Assembly: GCA_021613535.1 (NCBI GenBank)
Contig: CP075497.1
Coordinates: 8,618,001-8,682,000 of the forward strand
Direction of reading: 5' to 3'
Source: Adineta vaga
Taxonomy: Eukaryota; Animalia; Rotifera
Length of the DNA stretch: 64,000 bases
Shown here: piece after piece, positions 25,899 through 37,264 of the stretch
Position numbering within the stretch: the first letter of the stretch is position 1
How the letters are laid out: each line of letters starts with the position of its first letter
Program-made: the position numbers and the translations under genes
Notes under the pieces: model-generated
Database searches by the model: none
Seen by the model: the letters and a program-made list of their open reading frames with translations, nothing else
Told to the model about the DNA's origin: nothing

Positions 25899-28800
25899 TT
25901 ATTGAATTTAAATCATTATTAGTTAGAATCTTTTTAAGATTATTTACTGTATTTACTCGACGTTTAGGTTTAATTAATGGTTCTGGTACAACGGAATGAC
26001 ATTGCCGTTTTAGTGATGACCATTGTGAATAAACTTGTAATTCACTATTAAGGCCAACTAATAGAAGTCCACCACGTACCCATTTTAAACTTAAATTTGG
26101 ACGTAAGAAAACATTTGCATTTATAGATGATAATTCAATTGTTCGTATTTTTGTCCATTGTGATGATTGCGTATATGAATAAATAAAAACATAACGTATA
26201 CCAATAGCTGCTGCTAAGAGATGTGCACCATTTTCAATGGATGCCCAATCGAAATGAACTGATAATTGATTTGTTTGATTTTGTATTTCAGTTATTGAAA
26301 CAATTGTTTCACAATTAAATGATGTTCCACCTGTTGATTCACATTCATATATACCAATTTGAATATGTTGATCGAAAAATGCTACAGCTAATCTTCCACA
26401 ATATGCATTACTTATTGCTAATGGTTGACCAGAAAATTGTAGACGAGAATTTAATTGACATTCAGTTGATATTCCACACCATTCTGACCATTCATACGTA
26501 TTGGATGATTGATGCGTACATGTCCAAAAACGAATTATTCCATCGGAATGTGATGTCGATAATAAATATGGAGATGAAGAGGATGAATCAGAATAACAAA
26601 GTGTACTAGAACTTAAATGACCAAATGCAACATCGACTGATTGCAATTCAACATCGGAAAGTAATGGAAGGACATATGTACTAACCTAAAATACATTAAT
26701 TTTCTCTTTTTAATTAATCTTAATTTTCAAATAGCATTTTTTTACCTTGGAACTTTGCACTTGTACTAACCATTCAGTATCATTATTAAAACTATTCATA
26801 CTTATAGATTCATTATCATCATCGGGATATGTAATCATTATTTTCCACATATGAATACAACTTTGACTAGTATTTTCGTTAGATTTTTCCACGAGAACAA
26901 GATAATAAACTTTATGTAATGATGTTTGATAACTTTGATCATCGATAGCATTAGCAGGAAATATATGTATCAATTCAGCACGTGTCCAAATCTACAATTG
27001 ATAAACATACTTTTTCTCTTCGAAATATTCAAAAAAAAATGAACTTACACATTTCGAATTATCTATTTCTGCAAGACTGATTACACAACTGGGCCGAGCA
27101 GTAGATTGATTACTAACAACATTTACACGTGGTGCACTCAAATCAGATGAAGGTGATGATCGAATCATATTCGATTCAGTATCACTAAGCGTTTGATATG
27201 ACTAAAATACAAAATAATTAATTATATATTTCGAATATCTTCAACATACTTTAGAAGAAGAAAATTGTCTTGTTAATACTGCCTTTGCATTACAGACGAC
27301 TTGATAAATTCGTAAATCTTTACCATCTGATGCACAAAAAAGTACACTTGGTGATTCACGTAATAATTCATTATTCATACTAGAATTCATGTAAAAAGAA
27401 AATAGTAATGATTTTCTTTCGAATTTTTTCTTACCAAGGCATAACCATTGGAAACCAAGCAATTAATTTAAATGCTCCATTATGTGTCGATTCCATTCTT
27501 GCTAATTCTGTTATTCCACCTGTCATTGTCAATGGACCAATGGGTTCCGTACTCCAAAGGATTAATGAATTATCATAACGTTGTTTTTTACCATAATTCA
27601 ATTCATTCTTATCATCATAATATGAACTTGTTAAAACTAATGGAACAATTGGATGACAGACAATATGTCGAATAGGAAAATGATGGCCACACATTCGTGC
27701 TGTATGTGTAACACATATTAATGATTGAAATTTTTGTTGTTGATGAAATGTTAATGCCCAAAGATTTAATGTTCCATTCGTATGTTTTGTAATCATACTA
27801 ATCATTGGTAAATGTTGTTTTTGTTTTGTTTGATTTAATGAAAGATATTGATCAAATAGAAAATGATTACAATAAATGATTAAATGTGGTTGTAAAGATA
27901 ATGCATCACCTAATGGAAATATGTCAGGTATACGAGCGGAAAAACTAACTTGAACTTGTCGATATAACATTTGATAATTGATTAATGATGTTGGTGATGA
28001 TGAAGAAAATTTTGTTGTATTCAATAATGGTTGATCAAGCCAATCGATAACCCATAATAGAAGACTACCATCAGTTGGATGCACACTAAAGACAACATCT
28101 GGACTATTCTTCCATTCATCAATCAGTTTTTTTAGATAAGTTCGTATTTGTACAAAATGCTTTGATTCATCTAATAAACAATCACGACCATAAAGTGTGG
28201 GTCGTTTTTCATTGGCAGTTACAGAATCTAAGTTTATATCATTACTATTTGTATCATCATTATCATTAACTGTTGAAAGATTGGTTTGTCCTTTTGTTTT
28301 TCGTTGAATATCAAGAACAAATTGTTCGATCGAAAAAAGATTATATAAATCTTTATTGTTTAACCATTGGACAACGAACATATAATCTTTATGTGTTGGT
28401 ATAGTAGGAGCTAGAAGTGCATCCGTACTTGGATTGATAGTTGTTGCTAAATGAAAACGAAGAAATTTATGTGTTGATGTCGATGTTGATGAAGAATTCA
28501 TTTGAACTAGTGATGATGTAGATGAAGAAGGAGAAGATATTGTTGTTACTGTTTGACCAATTTGATTCAAGTGCTCGTCATCATTAGAAAATAGAGCATT
28601 GGATGAAATCATAGATGCAGGTGTATGAGGAACTTGATTATCGACATAGAATGTTGGTGAAGAGAGTTCTGGACGATTGTTCATTGGAATGAAATGATTA
28701 TACCTAAAACAAGTAGTATCTTTTGATTTCGTAATATGTACGTATGTCTTTAAGATATATTTTGATAAGATCTTGTGCGTCAAATAATAACATCAAATAT

Positions 28801-30301
28801 GATTGAAAATCACATTATTTTTATTTATTACTAACTAACACCTTGTTTTATATTACACCGACAAAGCAAGGTCTCGAGTTCGATATTCGCAATATATTTA
28901 CTCAATATTTTTCTTCTTCTAAGTTTAAGCGGTTCTATACAATCAAATGACTAGTTATGATAGTTACCTCATTTTATATAGTTGTTGTACACTTTTATCT
29001 ACACATTCATTTTGTTGTTTTCGCTGAGTTTTTATCATTGTTGGATCATTAGTATAGATAGATGATTCATCTTGTTGCATAGTTTCACACCATATACGAC
29101 AAATATTATCTTTACAACATGTTAATAAACAATTGACAACTGTTCCTCTATGAATATTAAAAAATAATTCAATTCGAAGAAATAAACAATCATATTTTTC
29201 GTTTTTATTTACTCAGCAAAAAACTGACTGGTCTGCCTCCATGATATATAAGTAACTGCTCTTGGATGGGGTAAATAAGCTGACATAAATGAAATAATTG
29301 CACTATTATCTATTGTTCGATACCAAATCTTAACTAAACGATCATTCTAATGGAAGAGAAAAAGAAATGATTAAAATATATGTCATTTTCGGAAGATTTT
29401 TGTACTTGTGATGCAGTGGCAAAAAGTGTTCCATCATTTGAATAAGTTACATGTTTTATTGGTGATGCTGGTCTTTAAATAATCAAGAACAATAGACAGT
29501 GAAAAAGAAATTAAAATTTCAATGAAATATTTTACTTGTAACTCCAAACATTTCTCCATGTTCGTGAAGTTGCATGACCAGATAATTTTCCGGACGTATC
29601 GCTTGCACCTAACTCAAAATTGACTTTATTTGCTCGAGATTCACTTTCATCATAATGATGAAACCAAACTTGTAAAGTCGACTCACAAACCACAATCAAT
29701 TGGTCACCTAAAATATAATTATTTTCAATTATTTCAAATGTTTCCTTATTATATACCTTTCGGATGCCAAGCAAGTGCTGTTATTTTCTCATTTGAACAT
29801 GTTAATGTATGTGTTAATGTCCATCGATAATTGACTTGCTAGAAAAAAACAAAGAAGAGAGAAGAAATTTCTAGTTATCACAATGAATATAAAACAAACA
29901 TGATGAAGTGATCGTTCGGAAGTAGATGTTGGTTCATAGATACAAACTTGATTTCCGAAACCAGCAACGATCTGAAAAAATTAACAATTTTTTCTGAAGG
30001 AAAAGACAAACAAGTAGTAAGCTAACCTTGCCTGATTCATATGTACAATGAATGCATGTTAGTAAACATTGATTATTCTCATTTCCTGATAAAAGTACTT
30101 GAACACGCTGAAAATCACCAGATAAAATCACAATATTATAACCAGCTGCATAGGCCTTAAAAATGAGAGAGAAATACATCATTTCACTAGAATTCAACTA
30201 CTCATAAAACTTACCACAAAATGAACACTATCAATACTACCAGCGGCAAAGCTATAGTCACTTGGATTGGCCGCACCAGTTAAAATCTGATGTAGATGCA
30301 T
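19029..30301 (-). CDS. DMXL: DmX-like / rabconnectin-3 alpha (WD40 repeats + Rav1p_C domain), many short introns
   Basis: N-terminus MHLHQILTGAANPSDYSFAAGSIDSVHFV|AYAAGYNIVIL; LPQYHPTLLLEL; FAWAFHSDLQEDLL; Rav1p_C motif KAAQKNAFALLGKQRFEHAAAFFLLAG; C-terminal WD40s ending FSSGADGTISVRQITQFD*. Confidence 0.95.
25862..25895 (-). repeat. (AAT)n coding microsatellite (polyN in DMXL)
   Basis: ttattatta... run on the + strand within the long DMXL exon. Confidence 0.9.
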
Positions 30302-30481
30302 ATCATCTAAAGTTAAACAAATCAGTATGTTTCGATTTTTTTCTATTTTCTTTATTTTATTATCCTGCAATAAACGATTTCATTTATTTTTTTATTTTCT
30401 TATGTCTGTTCGTTTCTTTTTTTTGCAAAACAAGAAAGTTAGCAATAAAGCAGGAAAAGTGACAAAAAATCAACAACAAAT

Positions 30482-32016
30482 CTAAGCGGATTGAGATTGT
30501 ACTGCTGCTGTTGTTGTTTGTTGAGTTTGTTGTTCTTCTTGAAGACGATTTTTCTTGAGTGGACCCATAAAGTTGCGTTTTTCTTCGTGAGTTTGAAATC
30601 GACCATGACCAAATTTCGATGATGTATCGATGAAACGTAAATCGATTTGTTCACGATGTGAACGTTTAGGATTAAGAATCAATGATTTACGTAATGTAAT
30701 AGGTCGTTTCTTTGGACCGATACAACAGCCCTTGATCATGATGAAATCTTGACGTACTTCACCATAATGTGGAAAACCACCCTAAATGAAAGAGAAAATT
30801 AAGAAAAATGATTGATTATTTGCTCTGAGGTAAGAGAAATCAACCTTCATAAATGACAATAACCATAAAAAGAAAAGAATTTCTATTCGCTCTATTATTT
30901 GCCTACGGGCATAGGAGGCAACATTTTCGAAAAACTAAATATTTACCATTGGATTAATTGTTTTTTCTGTTGGATCGTGGTCGGTTGAACCGGTATTTTT
31001 AACAGTTTTACCATCTTTAACTTGGATAGCATCACCAATACGATAGATCTTCTTGTTAATTTCTGTACGATGATGATAACCTTTTTGACCAGCACGTGCA
31101 ACGGCAAATGACACATGAGCTGGATGCCATGCACCAATACAAGCAACTTTTCGTAAACCTTTGTGTGTCTTACGTGGTAATTTTCGTGTATGCCAACGTG
31201 ATGTAACACCCTTAAAACCACGACCTTTGGTGACGGAAATTGTATCAATCATTTCATCTTTGGAAAAGACTTGAGTGACTGGTACTTGTTTTTCTAAATG
31301 TTGACGAGCAAAAGCAATTTTTTGTTCAATAGTGCCACCATTCAATTGAATTTCCATAATATGTGCTTTCTTTTGTCGTTTACGTAATAATTTAACTTGT
31401 GTATGTGCCAAAACACGGATGACTTTGCAATATTTAGTCATTTGTTTGAAGTCATTTTCAATTGCTTTTTTACCAGATTCATCGTCCCATTTCTTTGCAT
31501 ATTTAGTAAATGCTTTTCGTTTTGAAGCATACCAATTCTTATAGAAACGACGACGACATTCTTCATTTAAATGTTGAGCATAGATGGTTTTATATGCACG
31601 AAGACCACGTGGTGTAACAATATAACCAACAACACCAACGATAACCATTGGTGGAGTTTCAATAATTGTAACAGCTTCGACTGTTTCCTTTTTGTTCAAT
31701 TCTATTGAATACGATAGATGATATATTATTTTTGTAAGTGCAAACTTGTTTAAAACTTACTTGAAGCTGGTCGATCAACTTCACGAACAATATGGGTCAT
31801 ACCTAAATACATAAGAGAAAATGTCAGATTTTATGTGAAAACAAAAGGAAAAAGAGACATACCTGCTTTGTAACCAAGAAAAGCGGTAAGATGAACAGGT
31901 TTTTTGGGATCATCTTTTGGAAATGATTTTACTTTTCCACGATGACGACACGCTCGTTTTTTTGGTAAGAATCCAAGATTACCATGACGTGGATGTTCGA
32001 ATTTTCGATGGCTCAT
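30482..32016 (-). CDS. RPL3: 60S ribosomal protein L3 (uL3), 4 coding exons (32016-31863, 31802-31761, 31701-30947, 30781-30482)
   Basis: [21 protein letters not shown]; [21 protein letters not shown]; GGFPHYG; [15 protein letters not shown]. Confidence 0.99.
30805..30933 (-). ncRNA. Candidate intronic H/ACA-like snoRNA in the last RPL3 intron
   Basis: The intron is 165 nt (30782-30946), against about 60 nt for the other RPL3 coding introns. It holds hairpin 1 (TTCG/CGAA base, TTGCCT/AGGCAA top), an ANANNA box (ATAGAA) and hairpin 2 (TGGTTATT/AATAATCA base, TGAAGGT/ACCTCA top). There is no canonical ACA tail. Confidence 0.4.
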
Positions 32017-32350
32017 AGTGAGACTTGAAAACTATATACTATGATGCTCGATCTGAAGAAGAAGAAGAAGAAAAATTGAATTTTTTGCTCGAAAAAATAC
32101 TTTTTTGCTTTTAGATTAATGATAAGAGAAAAAAAGAAATGAACTCCTTCCTCCAAAATGAATCCAAACAAACAAGATCGACGAATGGGTTTTTGATGGA
32201 ATTTGGTGGAAAATAGTTTCGCATAATGAATCCACTTTATTGACGTTGTTTGTTTTAAAATAATTATTGAATATTTAAGAAAAAAAAATTTGTTAAAATT
32301 TATCCATAGTTCATGATTTATTTTGAATAATTCACAAAATGCTTTTCAAT

Positions 32351-32369
32351 AGATGGCGCCAAAGGAAAG
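32351..32369 (-). promoter_or_regulatory. Putative TCT/5'TOP initiator of RPL3 with adjacent GGCGCCATCT motif
   Basis: The minus strand reads CTTTCCTTTGGCGCCATCT about 350 nt upstream of the ATG. A strong acceptor (TTC)n-AG lies at about 32053. Confidence 0.45.
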
Positions 32370-33269
32370 TTTACTATTATAAGACAATGCATGACATAAC
32401 GTATTTTGAGATCTCATGAATTGATCGTGAAAACAGAAAATATTAATTAGAAAGAATGTAGACCAAATGAAGTATTTCTAATCGATATTTATTGAAGTGT
32501 TATTTCAGTTTAGTTCAAATCAATAAATGAAGTTTCATTTTTCATTTCTAAATCTATCATCTTTGAAAATGAATAAATATTTCTTGCAGTGTCCGCATTT
32601 CCTTTCCGAAACAAACTATATTTTTTATCAAAATTTTTCTGCATTCGCATCAATCACAGCAGTTGGATGAACAAAAACCGAAAGAAAGACCACCAATCAT
32701 TCCGGACGCGAACGTACTCTGTCTCTCATAGTCATAAACATAGTTAAATTATCAAAAGATCTTGTTTTATCGATTATAATTAAACATAATATCAAACTTG
32801 AAATAAACCTCTTTAACATGTCAATAGAGTCCTCTGTCGAATGATCGTGAATGGGGGTAGTAGGCGTTGTCGTCTTTTATAATTTGTGGACGACAAATAA
32901 GCATGCATATATATGCTTATTCGCACAGACACATCATTTGTCCTGTTGTTGTTTTGATAGGCTTAATCGAAATGAATGCAATCGGAAAACAATGTTGACC
33001 TATCGATATAGGAAAATTGAAAAAGAGATGAACATTTGTTTTTTTTACTTTGCGAAAATAAGGTAAATGTTCGCTTTTTTCATTCATACAGATCATTTCT
33101 CAATTTGTTTTTTTTTTCGAAAAAGACCTTTTCTGTATGAATTTATTTCGATGTTTTTCGTAATTGATATAGATCAAGCAAATCATAGATAAAAATACGT
33201 TTTATTTTTATTTTTTTTCTTAGACAGGGCCAACATAGACCCTTTCTTTTCACCTCTTCCTTTTTCATC

Positions 33270-33620
33270 AATCCCAATTTTCTCTCCCCCCCCCCCTTTT
33301 TCTCTCTGTCTCTTTCACTTTCCCTCTGTTATGCGCCCCTTTAGTTGCGCCCCGTACCGCGTGTATGCTCCATGTATGTCGTCGACGACAACCACCACAG
33401 CAGATCGAATCATATGGAAGATCATATGTGGGTAGAGGAGAGAGAAAAGAAAGAAAAGAAAAAGAACGACAAAACAGCTGATTACCCTTTACAAAGCGCT
33501 GATGAAAAGGGGCATTCATAATGGGTAACTGACGTATATACATATATGCCCGCGTACCCTCGTCCGCTCGACAAGTTCAATCAAGTCAGCTCATCAGAAA
33601 AAAGCAGTCGATAGTATTTG
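33270..33620 (+). promoter_or_regulatory. GC-enriched upstream block, probable promoter of the Regnase-like gene
   Basis: Poly-C run near 33285, CpG-rich segments, two CATATG, one CAGCTG and one TGACGT, 0.3-0.7 kb before ATG 33940. Confidence 0.35.
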
Positions 33621-33939
33621 TCTTTCTCTCTCTCCCTCCATCTTTCACTTTCCGTTGAGATTTTTATGAGAGACTAGAAACTGTGTATTAAACATGTATA
33701 TTCATCGTTACCTTTTTCTTTTCATCCATACAAAATATCTCTTTTCGATACAATTGATCGATCAAACTACCAATTGAGTATGAAAGGTTTTTAAACAAAT
33801 TATTTTTTATTTTAGATTTCTCAATGACATTTTCCTAGTCTTTTAGTTTTTAATTTTCTGTATAATTCCAATATATTCATACTGGTTTTTGTATAAATCT
33901 CTGATTATTATTTGAAAATTGAAAATAAAAGGAAATAAC

Positions 33940-36284
33940 ATGACAACAACAACAAATGATCAATCAACATTTTTTGATATTCAAATTGAATCTCCATCAA
34001 GTTCATGTTCTTCATCTCCACCAACATCACTTAAACCAATTCTTCATCATAATGAAATTGATTCAGGTTGTGGTAGTGATGAAGATCCAGCATTAGCTTT
34101 AAAGATTAATAAAGGTCTTTCAATGGGTTATGACTATGAATTAATCAAAAGTGTTATTGAACAACAAAATGATGGAGATGATATGTCGAAATTTATTGAA
34201 ACAATTGTACGTACAGCTGAAGTAAATGGAAGTTCAAATGGGACATCATCAACAGGAATTCATAGTCCATCAAGTAAAAGTTGTTCACCAACTACAGTCA
34301 ATCATAAGGTAGATATTGATTCATCATCAACAAATTCCAATCCTTCAGAAACAACAACTATACCACATGATGTGTATATTACGATGGTGCTGATCTTGCT
34401 CATAGGTAAATAGAAAAGATATTCTGTTTGATTAAAAAAAATTAAAGAAAAATTTTGTCTATTATTTAGTTATGGTAATAGTACATTTTCATGGCGTGGA
34501 ATTGAAATTTGTTTGAAATATTTACATTCTCATGGTCATAAGAAAGTTTTTGTAGCTTTACCTTATTCATTAAAACATCATCGACATGAGCAATGTTTTT
34601 CTGAATCCAAAGTTTTGCGTGATCTTGAACGAAAAAATTTACTTGTTTATACAAATCGAATGTCGAAACAGATTAATAAACCGAGTTCATATACTCATAT
34701 TAGTGAAATGTTAAAATTTTCACAAAAAACAAAAGGTCATCTGATTACAAATGTTTCATTAAAAGATGTTATACTTGATTTTACTGTCTATAAACATATA
34801 TTAGAAGAGAGAGTTATTCGTTATCGATTTCAAAATGATAAGTAAGAATTTTAAAGTTATCAAAAGTAATCTGAAAACAAATTTCTTTTTCTTTGAATCT
34901 TTAGTTTTCAACCATTGTTAGTAACAATTGTAAATGGTGATGATGGAAATGATTGTGAAACACATTATCCATTATGTCCTTATGGAAAAAAATGTACATA
35001 CGGTTCGAAATGCAAATATTTTCATATTGAACGTCGATATCAAAATCCATTATCAATTACTGAAAGTCTGCAAATGAAAGCACGATTAGAAAAAAATAAA
35101 ATACAACATCAATTATCGAATCCATCGATGGTGCCCATGTTGATTAACAATAGTAAAAAAGAAACAATCAATTATCTTTTCGTTAATTTTCTTTGTTTTT
35201 TAGCATTTAATCATACTAAATCAGGTCCAGATCATTTACGTATGTATAATGATCGACATTCACCTGTATCATTCTATCCTGCAATGGAACAAAGTCTAGT
35301 TGATGATGCACGTGCTGCTTATGAATATGGTTTACCATCAACACCAACAACACCAAATGATTTTTCATTCGTTGATCAACGTACTCCATTACAGCAGCAA
35401 CCAAGACAAACACATCATAGCTGGTTTGGTACACCAAATCAACAACATCCGTTTCTTAATCGAACATTTTCCATGCCGCAACAACAACAACAATCAAATG
35501 TATTTACAGGTAATGATTCTCAACGTATGATGGAAGAACAACAACAACAAATGGCAGCAGCAGCAGCAATGCTTATGCACCATCAACAACAGCAACAACA
35601 GAATTGGGCTCGACAACAACAACAACAGCAACAGATGTTTCCTATGCAACAACAAACACCACCGCCAGCTCCTCAACAGTTCGAACAGGTAGACAACTAA
35701 GATCAGATTCTTGAATGAAATCGGACAAGTTTTCAATTCTGTGCATTCAGATTTCGGATCATAAAGAATGAAAAGTAAAATATAGTGTGTTAGATAGAGA
35801 GAGCTTCAAGTTTTTTTAAATAAAAGAGAGCGAGTATGAAGCCAGTATATTATTTTGTATAAATACCTTAATTGAATTATTTCTTTTTTTATTTGTTAAG
35901 AATGTTCTCCGTCTTTTATCAATGCTTTCTTTGCAACAACAAAGTAATATGATGAATTACCCAAATAATAATAATCAACATCAATCTTCGATGATGAATC
36001 CAATGATGTCATCCACAACGGATAATTCATCACAACCAATTCAACAAGAAAATCAATATGATTATACATTAGCAAATAGTCAACAAGGTTTAGCTGATAA
36101 AATTCAAGCTGTACGTCATCTTTGGGAATCCGAAAATCAATATGCAAATGTATCATCATTCGCAAATCAGACGCCAAATTACAATCAATCACGCGCATCA
36201 TCTGGTCTTGATTCGGTTTCATACAATCATATGAATGCAACCTTCCCACATGCAACAACTTCAGGTTACGTTCAATTTCAATAA
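33940..36284 (+). CDS. ZC3H12: Regnase/ZC3H12-like protein (UBA-like + degenerate NYN/PIN + CCCH finger + Q-rich tail); exons about 33940-34405, 34470-34841, 34904-35152, 35204-35688, 35901-36284; 1-nt frameshift at about 34381
   Basis: UBA-like KGLSMGYDYELIKSVIEQ; PIN start VYI-x-DGADLAHS|YGNSTFSWRGIEICLKYLHSHGHK; CCCH finger PLCPYGKKCTYGSKCKYFHIE. Confidence 0.85.
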
Positions 36285-37264
36285 TAGATAGAACAAAAGA
36301 AGGAGGGATGGGATCTCTTCATCTGTCTTTCAGTATATATATATCTGTCTGTATGTTTCCTATTTATTTATTTGTACGAACACATACATTCTTAGTATGT
36401 CTCCCTTTGTGTGTATGTTTTTTCATAACTATATCTTTCTTTGACACTTAGTGAACATTTTTCATGTATCTATGTAAGTTTGTGCATTGCTGTTGTAAAT
36501 AGTGATGAAGAAGAAAACGAGAGAAAGTCGATGAATTTTTTTGTCGTTGTGACACATATAACATAAAATATGTATTTCGTCTTTTACTCTTTATTGTGTA
36601 TGTACGGTTTTCTTGTATGTAGTTAGGTCAAATGTATACTATGCTCGCACTGCGAACAACATTACTCTGGTTTTTGTTATATTGTTTTCATTTTCGTTTT
36701 GCTTTTTTTTTGTTCATATTTTCTAACTTATTCAAATAAACATCGATTCATCCTATTTCTTTCGTACTAATACGAATTTGTCTTGAACTCGTAGAGAAGA
36801 AATATTGAACTCTCTTACAGACATAATTGTATGAAAAGAACATTGTTCAGGGCAAAAGAACATTCAATCAAATTATGTGCGATATGAGTCTGATTTTTTT
36901 TATTACGATATCAAAAGTATGTCAAGTTCTAGTTCAATAAGTGAAATTTAATTAAAAAAGCATATGTAAAGACAAAATAGTTCATTAACTTGAACTAATC
37001 GTTCGTTATTTTTGACAAAAACTAATTTATATTGAACTTTCGATCATAAATTTGTTCAACTTGTGTTGATATATCTTGTTGATGATTCAAAATAAACTAT
37101 AATAAAATTTCGTTATATCATTGAAAAGTAACTGCAAACAAATAGCAAAATTATGATGTCACCATTGTTTGTCTGATTTATTATGTGTTTCCAACATTTT
37201 CTCGTTTTATCGAGAAATGTTTTCTAATATTTACAAAAAAAGAAACAAAACGTTTTATTTGTGT

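Noticed and set aside
23595-27675. Antisense + strand ORFs over DMXL (and similar ones over TRIP12, the Regnase-like gene and CFAP44)
   Set aside because: Shadow ORFs of real coding exons, with no independent evidence.
33498-33533. CTGATGA...CTGA as a C/D box snoRNA
   Set aside because: Only about 35 nt between boxes, too short, and within a probable promoter.
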